From: Mobula hypostoma
Lineage: Eukaryota
DNA length: 64,000 nucleotides
Assembly (NCBI RefSeq): GCF_963921235.1
Contig: NC_086108.1
Location: 70,248,001-70,312,000 of the forward strand
Direction: 5' to 3'
The position numbers were made by a program, and so were the translations under genes. The notes beneath the pieces are model-generated. The model ran no database searches, was not told where the DNA came from, and worked only from the letters and a program-made list of their open reading frames with translations. Shown piece by piece: positions 1 to 13,890 of the stretch. Positions within the stretch are counted from its first letter, which is position 1, and each line of letters opens with the position of its first letter.

Positions 1-2480
1 TGGTTCGAGTAGGCCCAGGCCGTCGCAATGGAGAAATTACCCCCCCCCCCCCCGTATTACCGTTCCGTCTTGTTTTAGAGGGTGCGTAATCGTTGAATGA
101 ACCGACCAGGCACACAGATTAAAATAAACCAATGAATTATTTTGAAGGATGTAAGACGTGCCGTGGATCTTGTAGCAAAGCGGCTGTAAATGGCCCACGA
201 CTTTTAATTGACGAAAATACTTGTAAATGCTATTTTCATTTGTAAAGTGTGCTCTGTTTCTTCTGAGAAAATGCAGGTTTCATTGGCATTTTCCAAGTAC
301 GGATTTGCTGAGCATTTTTTTCGCCTTAAATGTGCCGCAGAATCTTGTTATAAGTTTTCTCATTATTCACCGTATGCTTCCTGCTGCAACTAGCAAACAA
401 AGTTGGAGATTGCTCGAGAATTTTTGGGTATAAAACAAATAAAGAAATCAGTGATTGGATTCAATGGGTATCTTATAGATTGAGTAAAATTCTGCAAGCA
501 ACTTCTACTATAGTTCTGGGATTTGGTTGATTGAAGCATGAGGTTCTCTGCTTTAAAGATTGAGCACAGTAGATCCGAAAACACAAAACACACAAATCAA
601 GATTTGTATTTTTTTTGGGTCAGGTTTTCTATCCCGACATTGAAATGTTAAGCGTATTATTTGCTAAGATTGTTATTGTCTTTTTCCGAGTTATTGCTGA
701 AAAGAGACAGACTTTGTAGTATTAGGTTTTATGACCAAAACAGATTATTATTGTGGTAGTTTGGAGCATTGTGCATGTAAAACTATGTAGAAAATATGAA
801 TTTTAGAGGGTCGTGAAGTTAATTTCGCATGAGCTGGATAGCCTAAGTTTAAATAAGATGAGTTTATAAGATTAAAGATTTTGATTTTAAGTAGATATTT
901 CAAAACTAGTAAGTGACCGAGTTTGATGTGTTTTTAAACGAACAAGGAATTTTGAATTATAACTGTTAGTATGTAAAATGCATTTGAACTAATTAGATAC
1001 TTTACAATATTGCAGCTGAGTCCCGCATAGAATTTACATTAGTAATATGATTTGAGGGGTAAATTCCGATCACGTTACCAGACTTTCCCCAGTTTGTGAA
1101 TGCCTGACTTGCGTAGTTGATACATATGAGTATTTGAGAAACTGGTAATATGAATTTACTGGGAACTTGCTTTGAGACCAGATTTTTGATTTGCAAGTTG
1201 TGCAGATTATGAACAATTTATAGGAATGGAACCTTGCAGGGGAGGTCCTGAATATGAAGAAGTTTCCTGCTTGTACTCAAACAATGTTGTGATATGTTGT
1301 CTACTTTGCGATTGCAGATGCACTTTGGATTGTTACTTCAACAGACGTTAGTTTGACCGCCCAGATTATATACTTCAGTGTCTGCAATGGGATAGGAGGA
1401 AATGTTCAGGAAATGGCAAATGTTTACTAAATGAATTTTCGACCATCTTGCATAAATCAATGCAATAAATGCCACTTGATTCCTTGCAGTTAGTTTTGGG
1501 AAAAAAAATTGCTGCAGACATTGGGTAATCAAGTGGAATTTTTAAAACGTGTGCATTAATGTCACACTAATGAGTCTTTGCATATTTTAGCGGTAAAACT
1601 TTGTAATTAGCTTAGTACAATTAAGTGTAGGAATTTAATTTAAATGCAGGACCAAATGAGATGAATTCAATAGAAAGGAATATTCATTTCTGCCAAGAGT
1701 GCTTTGGGATATCCAGCTGTACAATTATCTTGAAAGTCCTCCCAGAATCTTATTACTCCCTTCTATGTTATCCAGATACAAGGAGATTACCTTTCAACTG
1801 TAAATTAATGGCACAAACTTCTACTTCTGCACTGTCAGTTGTGACCCCTTATTGATTTTCAGTCTGAAACAGGCTTGGATGTGTTGATTTTAAAATCTTG
1901 TACCAGTGATAGGAAAGTTATTGGAAGAGATTATGAAGGACAAGACTTTTTTCATTATTCTTATCTAGCTCTACTGCTTAGTCTTTCTGTTTATGAAAAT
2001 CCATTCTCTGCTTTTCTCAGATATGCAGATGACTTTTCCATGTTGTTTTTCTGGTTGTACTCCAGTTATCCACTCCATATAAATTGTAGTTTACCCTAAG
2101 ATGTGATACATCTTACTCATCCAACACCCTGATATTGGTCTTTTTGAAACTTCCTATTTAAAATTTTCATTGTTATATTCTTTCATGCCCTAACTCTTAG
2201 CCATCTTTATAATCTGCTCCAGATGTACACCAGTTACAACTTCCTCTCTCCATAAGAATATAGGAATAGAATCAAAAATATACAAACAATCCCCTTTAGC
2301 TACTTTTTGCATTCAGCTAGGTGATGCTTGTGCGGAAAATATTAATTTTTTTTGCATATTCCGTGCTAAATTGCAAGTAGTGTTTCATCAGAAGTATAAG
2401 TTGTTAACTATCTTAGTGTTTGTATAATAACTAGTTCATATGTTGAGCATCAGGCATGCAATCAAAGTTAGAATACTAGC

Positions 2481-2637
2481 TGTCACGAACCCCGTGACGT
2501 TGAAAAGGACCAGCAGAAATGGAACACACCTGGAGTCTGGTTTACTATAAATTAAGACTATATTTATTACTACTAGAAATCAATATCATTAAACCAAATA
2601 ATACAACACAGGTTATAAACTATTATTTATTTATATG

Positions 2638-2690
<53 letters not shown>

Positions 2691-3364
2691 ATGTGTGTGT
2701 ATATATATATATATATATATCCGTAAATGTGTGTGTGGATACAAAAAATAATAGTCCAAGAGGTAGATATCAGTCTTATGGTGTCAGGTAAGTTTAAGCA
2801 GTTCAGTTCACTTTGTGTTGCGTCGAGTTGAATTGATGGAGAGAGAGAGGGTTAATTGAGCTGATGTTCAAGTTGGCAGCTTTAGTTGTTCTTGCTTCCA
2901 AAGTCTTCAGAGTCACTTTGTGTGACCCCCACACAGACACAGATGGACAGAGCCCCTTCTAGGGAACGGTCTACTAACCCATGGCATTGGTTCACCACCA
3001 GCAGACCCCCACAGGCAAGCTCTTACCCGCACTGGTAATCACAGGTCGAAATTAATCTGTCCGTTGCCTCCACCCTCGTGGTGGTCTTAAACTCCATCAG
3101 TGGTTTCTTGGGTAGCTTCCGCAGTTCTCTCGTGTCATGTCTCCTCTGCAGTTATCAGACTGAAGGATCAACTTTTTATAATCCATCCAAAATTCCAGCG
3201 TCCGTTAGCTCAACCACTTGAGCTGTTACCATGGTGACTTCCCAGCTTGTGTTTCAGCTTGCGCCGTACTCTCTCTCTCTCTTTTAATTGCTTCCTTGTT
3301 CATTAGACTGCTGAACTTCCGAGCAGTTTCTCACCTTTTCTCACATAGCTTCCTGGGTCATGAT
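2481..3364. mobile_element. Probable solo LTR-like element containing a (TG)n(TA)n microsatellite
   Basis: Starts TGTCACGAACCC and ends with a near-complementary GGGTCATGA. Composition differs from the flanks. No clean CA end or TSD seen. Confidence 0.35.
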
Positions 3365-4644
3365 CTTACAGAAATGCTTTGCTCCATATAAAACCACTTG
3401 TATCTTAGGATATGCCAGGCAGTTGGGAACAGACAGGAGATTCTGTGGACATGAATGGGACACCCGGATGGTATGTTGCCTCCCAGGTGCCAGAGTCAGA
3501 GACTATTCGGATTGCATCCACATTCTGGAGAGAGAGAGAGAGAGCAGCTAGATGTCTTGGTACTTATTGGTACCATTGACATTGGAAGGAAAAGCAAAAA
3601 GGTCCTGAAAAGGGAACTTAGAGAGCTAGGTAGAAAACTGAGAAGCAGGACCTCCTAGGTAATAATTTCTGGATTGCTGCCTGTGCCATGTGCCAGTGAG
3701 GGTAGAAACAGGATGATTTGGCAAATTAATGTGTGGCTGAGAAGCTGGTGCAGGGGGCAGGGCTTCAGGTTCTTGGATCATTGGGATCGCTTTTGGGGGA
3801 GGTATGACCTGTTCAAAAGTGACAGGTTGCACCTGAACCTGAAGGGAACCAATGTTCTTGTAAGAGCTGTTGGGGAGGGTTTCAACTAATTTGGCAGGGG
3901 CGGGTGGGAATTCAGGGATAGGATAAATGGTAGAAAAGCAAAGATAGCATGCAGTCAATGTCAGGAAAGGCAAGTAGATGACAGGACAATTGCAGCTAGC
4001 AGGGTGAATATCGGTGCATTGGGGATGCAGATTCAAAAAGTGTAGCAAATACAGTACTCATAGTGTTAGATCTCAATGCAGAGTATAAGAAATAAGGTGG
4101 ATGATCTTGTTGCACTATTATAGAATGTTGGCTAGGATGTTGTGGTCATCACTGAATCATGGCTGAAGGGTGGTTATAGTTGGGAGCAAAATGCCCAAGG
4201 TTACAAGTTGTATCGGAGGAATAGGAAGGTAGTCAGAGGGGGCAGCATGGCTCTGCTGGTAAAGAATTGCATCAAGTCAGTAGATATAGGATCGGAAGAT
4301 GTTGAATCCTTGTGGGTTGAGTTAAGAAACTGCAAAGGCAAAAGTACCCTGATGGCAGTTATATACAGGCCTCCCAACAGTGGTTGGGATGTGGACAATA
4401 GATTACAACAGGGAATAGAAAAGCGTGTAAAAAAGGTAATGCTATGATAGTCATGGGAGATTTCAACCATTTCATCAGGTTGGTTATGGATCCAAAGTGA
4501 GTTTGTTGAATGCCTACCAGATGGCTTTTTAGAGCAGTTTGACTTTGAGCCTACTAGGGGATCAGCTATACTGGATTGGGTGTTATGTAATGAATTGGAG
4601 GTGATTAGGGAGCTTAAGGTAAAAGAGCCCTTAGGAGCCAGTGA

Positions 4645-7600
4645 AAATTCTTCAGTTGGTTAATTTATCGTCTATATGTGCTAAACATGTGTTGATACAG
4701 TTTAAAGTAGTGCACACAGGGTTCATACTTTGAAGGTATGAGACGTGAATTAGCTAAGATAGACTGGCAAATGACACTTAAAGGATTGACGGTGGATATG
4801 CAATGGCAAGCATTTAAAGGTTGCATGGATGAACTACAACAATTGTTCATCCCAGTTTGGCAAAAGAATAAATCAAGGAAGGTAGTGCACCCGTGGCTGA
4901 CAAGTGAAATTAGGGATAGTATCAATTCCAAAGAAGAAGCATACAAATTAGCCAGAGAAAGTGGCTCACCTGAGGACTGGGAGAAATTCAGAGTTCAGCA
5001 GAGGAGGACAAAGGGCTTAATTAGGAAGGGGAAAAAAGATTATGAGAGAAAACTGGCAGGGAACATAAAAACGGACTGTAAAAGCTTTTATAGATGTGTA
5101 AAAAGGAAAAGACTGGTAAAGACAAATGTAGGTCCCCTGCAGACAAACAGGTGAATTGATTATGGGGAGCAAGGACATGGCAGACCAATTGAATAATTAC
5201 TTTGGTTCTGTCTTCACTAAGGAGGACATAAATAATCTTCCAGAAATAGTAGGGGACAGAGGGTCCAGTGAGATGGAGGAACTGAGCGAAATACATGTTA
5301 GTAGGGAAGTGGTGTTAGGTAAATTGAAGGGATTGAAGGCAGATAAATCCCCAGGGCCAGATGGTCTGCATCCTAGAGTGCTTAAGGAAGTAGCCCAAGA
5401 AATAGTGGATGCATTAGTGATAATTTTTCAAAACTCGTTAGATTCTGGACTAGTTCCTGAGGATTGGAGGGTGGCTAATGTAACTCCACTTTTTAAAAAA
5501 GGAGGGAGAGAGAAACCGGGGAATTATAGACCGGTTAGCCTAACGTCGGTGGTGGGGAAACTGCTGGAGTCAGTTATCAAGGATGTGATAACAGCACATT
5601 TGGAAAGCAGTGAAATCATCGGACAAAGTCAGCATGGATTTGTGAAAGGAAAATCATGTCTGACGAATCTCATAGAATTTTTTGAGGATGTAACTTGTAG
5701 AGTGGATAGGGGAGAACCAGTGGATGTGGTATATTTGGATTTTCAAAAGGCTTTTGACAAGGTCCCACACAGGAGATTAGTGTGCAAACTTAAAGCACAC
5801 GGTATTGGGGGTAAGGTATTGATGTGGGTGGAGAATTGGTTAGCAGACAGGAAGCAAAGAGTGGGAATAAACGGGACCTTTTCAGAATGGCAGGCGGTGA
5901 ATAGTGGGGTACCGCAAGGCTCAGTGCTGGGACCCCAGTTGTTTACAATATACATTAATGACTTAGACGAAGGAATTAAATGCAGCATCTCCAAGTTTGC
6001 GGATGACACGAAGCTGGGCAGCAGTGCTAACTGTGAGGAGGACGCTAAGAGGATGCAGGGTGACTTGGATAGGTTAGGTGAGTGGGCAAATTCATGGCAG
6101 ATGCAAGTTAAAGTGGATAAATGTGAGGTTATCCACTTTGGTGGCAAAAACAGGAAAACAGATTATTATCTGAATGGTGGCTGATTAGGAAAAAGGGAGG
6201 TGCAACAAGACCTGGGTGTCATTGTACACCAGTCATTGAAAGTGGGCATGCAGGTACAGCAGGCAGTGAAAAAGGCGAATGGCATGCTGGCATTCGTAGC
6301 AAAAGGATTCGAGTACAGGAGCAGGGAGGTACTACTGCAGTTGTACAAGGCCTTGGTGAGACCACACCTGGAGTATTGTGTGCAGTTTTGGTCCCCTAAT
6401 CTGAGGAAAGACATCCTTGCCATAGAGGGAGTACAAAGAAGGTTCACCAGATTGATTCCTGGGATGGCAGGACTTTCATATGAAAAAAGACTGGATGAAC
6501 TGGGCTTGTACTCGTTGGAATTTAGAAGATTGAGGGGGGATCTGATTGAAACGTATAAGATCCTAAAGGGTTGGACAGGCTAGATGCAGGAAGATTGTTC
6601 CCGATGTTGGGGAAGTCCAGAACGAGGGGCCACAGTTTGAGGATAGAGGGGAAGCCTTTTAGGACCGAGATTAGGAAAAACTTCTTCACACAGAGAGTGG
6701 TGAATCTGTGGAATTCTCTGCCACAGGAAACAGTTGAGGCCAGTTCATTGGCTATATTTAAGAGGGAGTTAGATATGGCCCTTGTGGCTATGGGGGTCAG
6801 GGGGTATGGAGGGAAGGCTGGGGTGGGGTTCTGAGTTGGATGATCAGCCATGATCATAATAAATGGCGGTGCAGGCTCGAAGGGCCGAATGGCCTACTCC
6901 TGCACCTATTTTCTATGTTTCTATATGTCCAAAGATAAACTATCTCATTATTATTCTTATATTAATCCAATATGTGATAGATGTCATTCCGAGATAGCTT
7001 CTTTAACTCACATGTTTTGGTCATGTCCTTTGTTGGAAAAATATTGGAAAGACATTTTTGACATTATTTCAACGGTTTCGAATATAGACTTACAACCTCA
7101 TCCAGTTACTGCTATCTTTGGATTACCAATGATAGATTCAAATTATCTAACCTCTTCAGCACGTAGGATGATTGCATTTCTTACTCTAATGGCTAGAAGA
7201 TCCATTTTGCTGAATTGGAAAGAGATTAACCCTCCTACGGTATTTCATTGGTTTTCACAAACTATGGTATGTTTGAATTTGGAAAAAATTAGAAGTGCGG
7301 TTTATGACCCTTCCATTAGATTTGAAAAAACTTGGAGGCCATTCATTCAGCATTTTCATTTGATGTAATTTGACCATTTCCAAACTTGTTTTATTTCTCT
7401 GTACTATTGGTTGAGAGGAATGGAGTCGTCGACACTAAGGTTTCTTCTTTCCCATTTTCAAGTTGTTAGTATTGCCCAAGTCTTTTAGTTTAGTTGACTA
7501 ATTCTGTTTAGTTTAGTTTAGTTTTTTTTGGGTTGGGGTTTGTTTTTTTTTCTTTTCCTTTTTCATGATTTTTCTTCAGTTTTTTGCTTTGTATTATTCA

Positions 7601-7757
7601 TTATTATTCTACACGATTGGGAGCTTCGTCTATTTTTACTATTTGGTTTTACAATTACTCATTTTAAATGTAACAATCTATCTCCTACTACTTGTATTTT
7701 TGCTTTGATATGTTTTCATTCTATGAAATTAATAAAAAGATTGAAAAAGAAAGAAAA
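4645..7757 (+). mobile_element. 5'-truncated L1-clade LINE 3' fragment, split by a young CR1, with 10-bp TSD
   Basis: TSD gagccagtga at 4635-4644 and 7758-7767. The peptide ILQLVNLSSICAKHVLIQFKVVH..RVH (4645-4727) continues as MSKDKLSHYY..CDRC..HMFWSC (6925-7368), the ORF2 C-terminal zinc finger. Ends with aataaa and an A-rich tail. Confidence 0.88.
4728..6924 (+). mobile_element. Young 5'-truncated CR1 LINE (RT, C-terminus and 3'UTR)
   Basis: ORFs 4738-5154, 5156-6184, 6200-6583 and 6571-6834 give a nearly intact CR1 ORF2 (KSPGPDG, QHGF, YLDFQKAFDKVPH, GVPQGSVLGP, FADD). Tail ttctatgtttctat. Confidence 0.93.
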
Positions 7758-8939
7758 GAGCCAGTGATCACAGTATGATTGAGTTCAACTTGAAATTTGG
7801 TAGGGAGAAAGTAAAGTCTGACGTAGCAGTGGTATGAGAGAGGAGTTGGCTAAAGTAAATTGGAAGGAGCTGCTGGCAGGGATGTCAACAGAGCAGCAAT
7901 GGCGTGAGTTTCTGGGGAAAAATGAAGGTGCAGGACAGATGTATTCTAAAAACGATAAATACTCAAATGGCAAAATAGTATGAACGTGGCTGACGAGGGA
8001 AGTCAAAGCAAATGTAAAAACAAAAGAGGGGGCATATAACAAAGCAAAAATTAGTGGGAAGAGCGTATTGGGAAGCTTTTAAAAACAATCATTAGGGAAA
8101 AGATGAAATAGGAGAGTAAGCTAATAAACAAAATCAAAGTGGATAGTAAAAGCTTTTTCAAGTACGTAAAAAAAAATTAAAAGTGGATATAGGACCGTAG
8201 AAAATGAGGCCAGAGAAATAATAACGGGACAAGGAGATAGCAGTTGAAATAAATGAGTATTTTGCATCAGTATTTAGTGTGGAAGACACCAGCAGTTACT
8301 ATTACAAGGGAGAGGTGCTTAAAAAGTTGAAAGATCCAAGGTACGTAAGTCACCTACCAAATAAATTGCACCCTAGGATTCCGAAAGAGGTAGCTAGCAT
8401 TAGAGGTTTTAGAGGCATTAGTTATGATCTTTCAAAAATCATTGGACTCTGGCATAGTGCCAGAGGACTGGAAAGTTCCAAATGTCACTCCACTCTTTAC
8501 AAAGGAGGAAGGCAACAGAAAGGAAATTATAGATCAGTTAGTCTGACCTCAGTGGTTGGAAAGATGTTGGAGTCAGTTGTTAAGGATGAAGATATGGAGT
8601 ACTTGGCGACGTAGGACAAGATGGGACAAAGTCAGCATGGTTTCCTTAAGGGAAAATCTTGCCTGACGAACCTGTTGGAATTCTTTTGAGATTACAAGTA
8701 GGATAGATAAAAGAGATGCAGTGGATGTTGTATATTTGGACTTTCAGAAGGCCTGTTGCCACACATGAAGCTGCTTACCAAGTTAAAAGCTCATGGTATT
8801 ACAGGAAAGTTACTGGCATGGTTAGCGCATTGACTGATTGGTAGGAGGCAGTGAGTGGGGAATAGAAGGATCCTTTTTTGGTTGGCTGCCATTGACTAGT
8901 GGTGTTTCACAGGAGTCGGTGTTGGGACCGCTTTTTAAG

Positions 8940-9057
8940 CTGTGTGTGTGTGTATATGTATGTATGTGTATATGTGTGTGTGTGTGTATATATGTATATA
9001 ATATATATATATATGTGTGTGTGTGTGTATATATATGTGTGTGTGTGTGTATATATA

Positions 9058-9108
<51 letters not shown>

Positions 9109-9667
9109 ATATATGTGTGTGTGTGTATATATGTGTGTGTGTGTATATATGTGTGTGTGTGTGTGTATATATGTGTGTGTGTGTATATATATGTGTGTGT
9201 GTGTATATATATGTGTGTGTGTGTGTATATATGTGTGTGTGTATATATATATGTGTGTGTGTGTGTATATATGTGTGTGTGTATATGTGTGTGTGTATAT
9301 ATATATGTGTGTGTGTGTATATATATATGTGTGTGTGTATATATATGTGTGTGTGTGTATATATATGTGTGTGTGTGTGTGTATATATATGTGTGTGTGT
9401 GTGTGTATATATGTGTGTGTGTGTGTGTATATATGTGTGTGTGTATATATATATGTGTGTGTGTGTATATGTGTGTGTGTATGTATATGTGTGTGTGTAT
9501 GTATATATGTGTGTGTGTGTATGTATATATGTGTGTGTGTGTATGTATATATGTGTGTGTGTATATGTATATATGTGTGTGTGTGTGTGTGTATGTATAT
9601 ATATGTGTGTGTGTGTGTGTATGTGTATATATATATATGTGTGTGTGTGTGTATGTATATATATATT
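8940..9667. repeat. ~730-bp compound (TG)n(TA)n microsatellite
   Basis: Directly visible. It is the source of the spurious CVCVY/HTHT ORFs. Confidence 0.97.
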
Positions 9668-10481
9668 GAATAAGTGGCTTTGTTGCCAAATTTGCAGATG
9701 ATACGTAGATTGGTGGAGGGGTGGGTAGTGTTGCAGAAACAGGAAGGTTGCAGAAGGACTTAAACAGATTAGGAGAATGGGCAAGAAACTGGCAAATGAA
9801 ATACAATGTTGGAAGTGTATGCTCATGCACTTAGGTAGTAGAAATAAGAGTGCAAACTATTTTCTAGACGGGCAGAAAATCCAGAAGTCTGAGATACAAA
9901 GGGACTTGGGAGTCCTTGTACAGAACACCCTAAAGATTAACTTGCAGGTTGAGTTGGTGGTGAAGAAGGCAAATGCAATGTTAGCATTCATTTCAAGAGG
10001 TCCAGAATACAAGAGCAGGGATGTGATGCTGAGGCTTTATAAGGCACTGGTGAGGCCTCACCTTGAGTATTGTGAACAGTTTTGGGCTCCTCATCTAAGA
10101 ATCGATGTGCTGGCGTGGAGAGGGTTCAGAGGAGGTTCACAAGGATGATTCCAGGAATGAAAGGGTTATCATACGAGGAACATTTGATGGTCTGGGTCTG
10201 TACTTGCTGGAATTTAGAAGAATAGATGGGGGGGGGGGGAATCTCATTGAAACCTTTTGAATGTTGAAAGGCGTAGACAGAGTGGAAAGGATGTTTCCCA
10301 TGGTGGGAAAGTGTAGGAAAGAGGGCACAGCCTCAGGATAGAGGGGCATCCATTTAAACAGATGTGGAGAAATTTCTTTAGCCAGAGGGTGTTGAATTGT
10401 GGAAGTTATTACCACAGGTAGCTGTGGAGGCCAAGTTGTTGAGCGTATTTAAGGCAGAGCATGTTCTTGATTGGACACAGC

Positions 10482-12916
10482 AGAATGTAGGGTTGTTTTG
10501 ATGGGTGGTTTTAGCTTTCCTAATTTTGTTTGGCATCTCTTTATAGCAAGGGGTTAGATGGGATGGAGTTTGTTAGGTGTGTTCAGGAAGTTTTCCTGAC
10601 ACAATGTGTAGATATGCCAACTAGAGGAGAGGCTGTACTTGATTTGGTATTGGGAAATGAACCTGGTCAGGTGTCACATCTCTTGGTGGGAGAGCATTTT
10701 GGAGGTAGTGATCACAACTCTATCTCCTTTAATTGGTGTAGACAATTTGGGAAGACATTTAATTGGAATAAGGGGAAATATGATGCTATGAGGCAGGAAG
10801 TTGGGAACATAAATTGGGAGCAGATATTCTCAGGGAAATACAATGCAGAAATGTGGAAATGTTCAGGGAACATTTGCATGGTGTTCTGCATAGGTATTTT
10901 CCATTGAGGCAGGGAAAGGATGGTAGGGTAAAGAACCATGGTGTACCAAGGATGTAGAAAATCTAGTTCAGAAAAGAAAAGCTTACGAAAGGTTCAAGAA
11001 ACTAAGTACTGTTAGAGCTCTAGAAAATTACAAGGGTGCAACGAAGGAGCTCAAGAATGAAATTAGGAGAGCTAGAAGGGGCCGTGAAAAGGCCTTGGTG
11101 AGCAGGATTAAGGAAAACCCCAAGGCAAGTATGTGAAGAGCAAGAGGATGAGCTGTGTGAGAATAGGACCAATCATGTGCATAAGTGGAAACGTGAATGG
11201 AGCTGGAGGAGGTAACAGAGAAACTTAATGAGTTCTTTGCTTCAGTATTCACCAGGGAAAGGACCTTGGCAATTGTGGAGATGACTTACAATGGACTGAA
11301 AAGCATAAGAGGTGTATAGACATAAGAAAAAGGATGTGCTGGAATAGTTGAAAGGTATTAGGTTTGATAAGTCACCAGGACCGGATGAAATATACCCCAG
11401 GTTACTGTGGGAAGTGAGGGAGGAGATTGCTGAGTGAGGGAGGAGATTGGTGATGATCTTTGCAACATCAATAGGAATGGGAGAAGTGCCAGAGGATTGG
11501 AAGGCTGTAAATGTCGTTCCCTTGTTCAAGAAAGGGAACAGAGCTAACCCAGGAAATTATAGACCAGTGAGCTTTACTTCAGTGGTGGGCAAGTTGTTGA
11601 AGATCCTGAGAGGCAGGATTTATGAGCATTTGGAGAGACATAATCTGATTAGGGATAGTCAGCATGGCTTTGTCAAGGGCAGGTTGTGCCTTATGAGCCC
11701 AATTGAATTCTTTAAGGATGTAACAAAACACATAGAAGGTAGAGCAGTGGATGTAGTACATATGGATTTTACTAAGGCATTTGATAAGGTTTCCCATGCA
11801 AGGCTCATTCAGAAGGTAATGAGGCAAGGGATCCAAGGATACCTTACTTTGTGGATCCAGAATTGGCTTGCCCAAAAAAGGCAGCAGATGCTTGTAGATG
11901 GTTTGTATTCTGCGTGGAGGTCAGTGACCAGCAGTGTTCTGCAGGAATCTGTTCTGGGACCCCTCTTCTTTGTGATTTTTATAAATGAATGAGGAAGGGT
12001 GGTTTAGTAAGTTTGCCGATGACACAAAAGTTGGGGGTGTTGTGGATAGTGTGGAGGGCTGTCAGAGGTTACAGCAGGACATCGATAGGATGCAGAACTG
12101 GGCTAGAGCAGTGGCAGATGGAGCTCAAACAAGGTAAGTGTGAAGTGATTCATTTTGGTAGGTCAAATTTAAAGACCTAATATGATATTAATGGTAAGAC
12201 TCTTGGCAGTGTGGAGGAACAGCGAGATCTTGGAGTCCGTGTCCGTGGGACACACAAAGCTGCTGCACAGTTTGACAGTGTTGATAAGAAGGCGTATAGT
12301 GTGATGGCCTTCATCAACCATGGGACTGAGTTCAAGAGCCATGAGGTAATGGTAAAGTTATATAAGACCTTAGTTAGACCCCACTTAGAGTGCTGTGTTC
12401 ATTTCTGGTCACCTCACTACAGGAAGGGTGTGGATACTATAGAAAGTGCAGAGAAGATTTACAAGGATGTTGCCTGGATTAGAGAGTGTGCCTTTTGAGA
12501 ACAGGTTGAGTGAACTTGGCCTTTTCTCTTTGGAGCGGTGGAGGATGAGAGGTGACCCGATAGAGGTGTATAAGATGATGAGAGGCATTGATCGTGTGGG
12601 TAGCCAGAGGCTTTTTCCCAGGACTGAATGGCTAACAGGAGGGGGCATAGGTTTAGGTGCTTGGAAGTAGGTACGAGGGGGATATCAGAGGTAAGTTTTT
12701 CACGCAGAGTGGTGAGTGAAATGCACTGCCAGCGATGGTAGTGGTGGATACAGTAGGACCTTTTTAAGAGACTTTTAAGTAGGTACACGAGCTTAGAAAA
12801 ATAGAGGGCTATGCAGCAGGGAAATTCCAGGCAGTTTCTAGAGTAAGTTACATGGTCAGCACAACATTGTGGGCCGAAGGGCCTGTAATGTGCTGTATAT
12901 TTCTATGTTTTATGTT
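10482..12916 (+). mobile_element. Decayed CR1 LINE of a second subfamily, nested in the 3' end of the old CR1
   Basis: Endonuclease tail (PTRGEAVLDLV..SDHN), RT (GNYRPVS, QHGFVKGR, DFTKAFDKV), LVRPHLEC. Tail ttctatgttttatgtt. Confidence 0.88.
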
Positions 12917-13890
12917 GTGGTGAGAAGCCCGGGGAGTGAGGCTTAGAAGGGGTAAAAGGATCAGCTATGGTTGAATGACGGAGCAGACTGGATGGGTCAA
13001 ATAGCCTAATTCTGTTCTTATGGTCTTATTATTGTAAGATGCAAAATGGGGCTGCAATTTGCGATGGAGGTGGAGCTGTTTCACAGAAGCATGTATGCAT
13101 ATGGTTTTCTGGTTTTACTTCTGTCTTTTATATTTTGATTGATTTGGCCATAATCTATCAATAAAATTGATGAGATGCAATTTAAATATGCAGTTTTGAG
13201 AATGTTTGCAATTTTGAATTCTCATTTAAGCTTTTGAGAATGTTCATTTAACACAGCAGAAGTAATTTTTATCTCATTTCAAATTTACTGACAAGATGCC
13301 TGGCATAAAATTAATTTGTAGTTAAAGATTTGTGGAGGCTTATTTGTATAACATAGCTAAATATATGGGACCTGAAATAAAAACAATGCATGGAAGCTCA
13401 GATTTAAGTGAAGCACCATTTGCAGATTAGGAAACAGTAGTGCATTCAGATTGAAGACTTTTCATCAGAACTGGAAAAAAGCATAAAGTTTTAAATTCCA
13501 GTGAAGTTAAGGGAATAAAGAATGTGTCCGATGTGGTGAAGTCAAGCTTGCCATGGGGATAAGCTGTTTAAATGATCTGGTTGACGGTTTGAGTGAGTTA
13601 GAGAGAAAGAGAACACAAAGGAATATGTTTTCTGCCTTACCTAGTTCAAACAAATTGTTTTCAACTTAAAATGTTAATCCTGCCACAGAAACTGCTGGAC
13701 TTGCTGGTTTTTCCAACATTGTCTGTTTTTATTTCGTGAATGCAGTTTTAAAGCCATATTTTAAACTTCAAAAGCATTTCTTTTCTGAAATACAAAATTG
13801 AATTTGTTTCCTAACAACCATTGAAAATAAGATTTTTCTCCATATTTTTTCATTGGAGAAAATGAAAGTTAAATGGTATCCATTGGTAAT

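Larger units (their letters stand above)
3420..13032 (+). mobile_element. Old near-full-length CR1 LINE, interrupted by nested insertions at 4645-7757 and 10482-12916 and by a microsatellite
   Basis: ORF1 esterase-like remnants (GTDRRFCGH..CCLPGARV, LDHWD..DRLHLN), APE endonuclease (ITESWL..YRPPN), RT remnants (GNYRSVSLTSVVGK, FADD, LVRPHLEYC). The 3'UTR resumes at ~12917 and ends in tcttatggtcttat. Confidence 0.85.

Noticed and set aside
6850..7368. 172-aa ORF as a novel gene
   Set aside because: Chimera of a CR1 3'UTR and an L1 ORF2 C-terminus created by nested insertion.
8822..9830. Long ORFs of 218-334 aa rich in CVCVY or HTHT
   Set aside because: Translation artefacts of the TG/TA microsatellite.
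11414..11449. Short tandem duplication agtgagggaggagattg
   Set aside because: Trivial slippage event inside a dead CR1.
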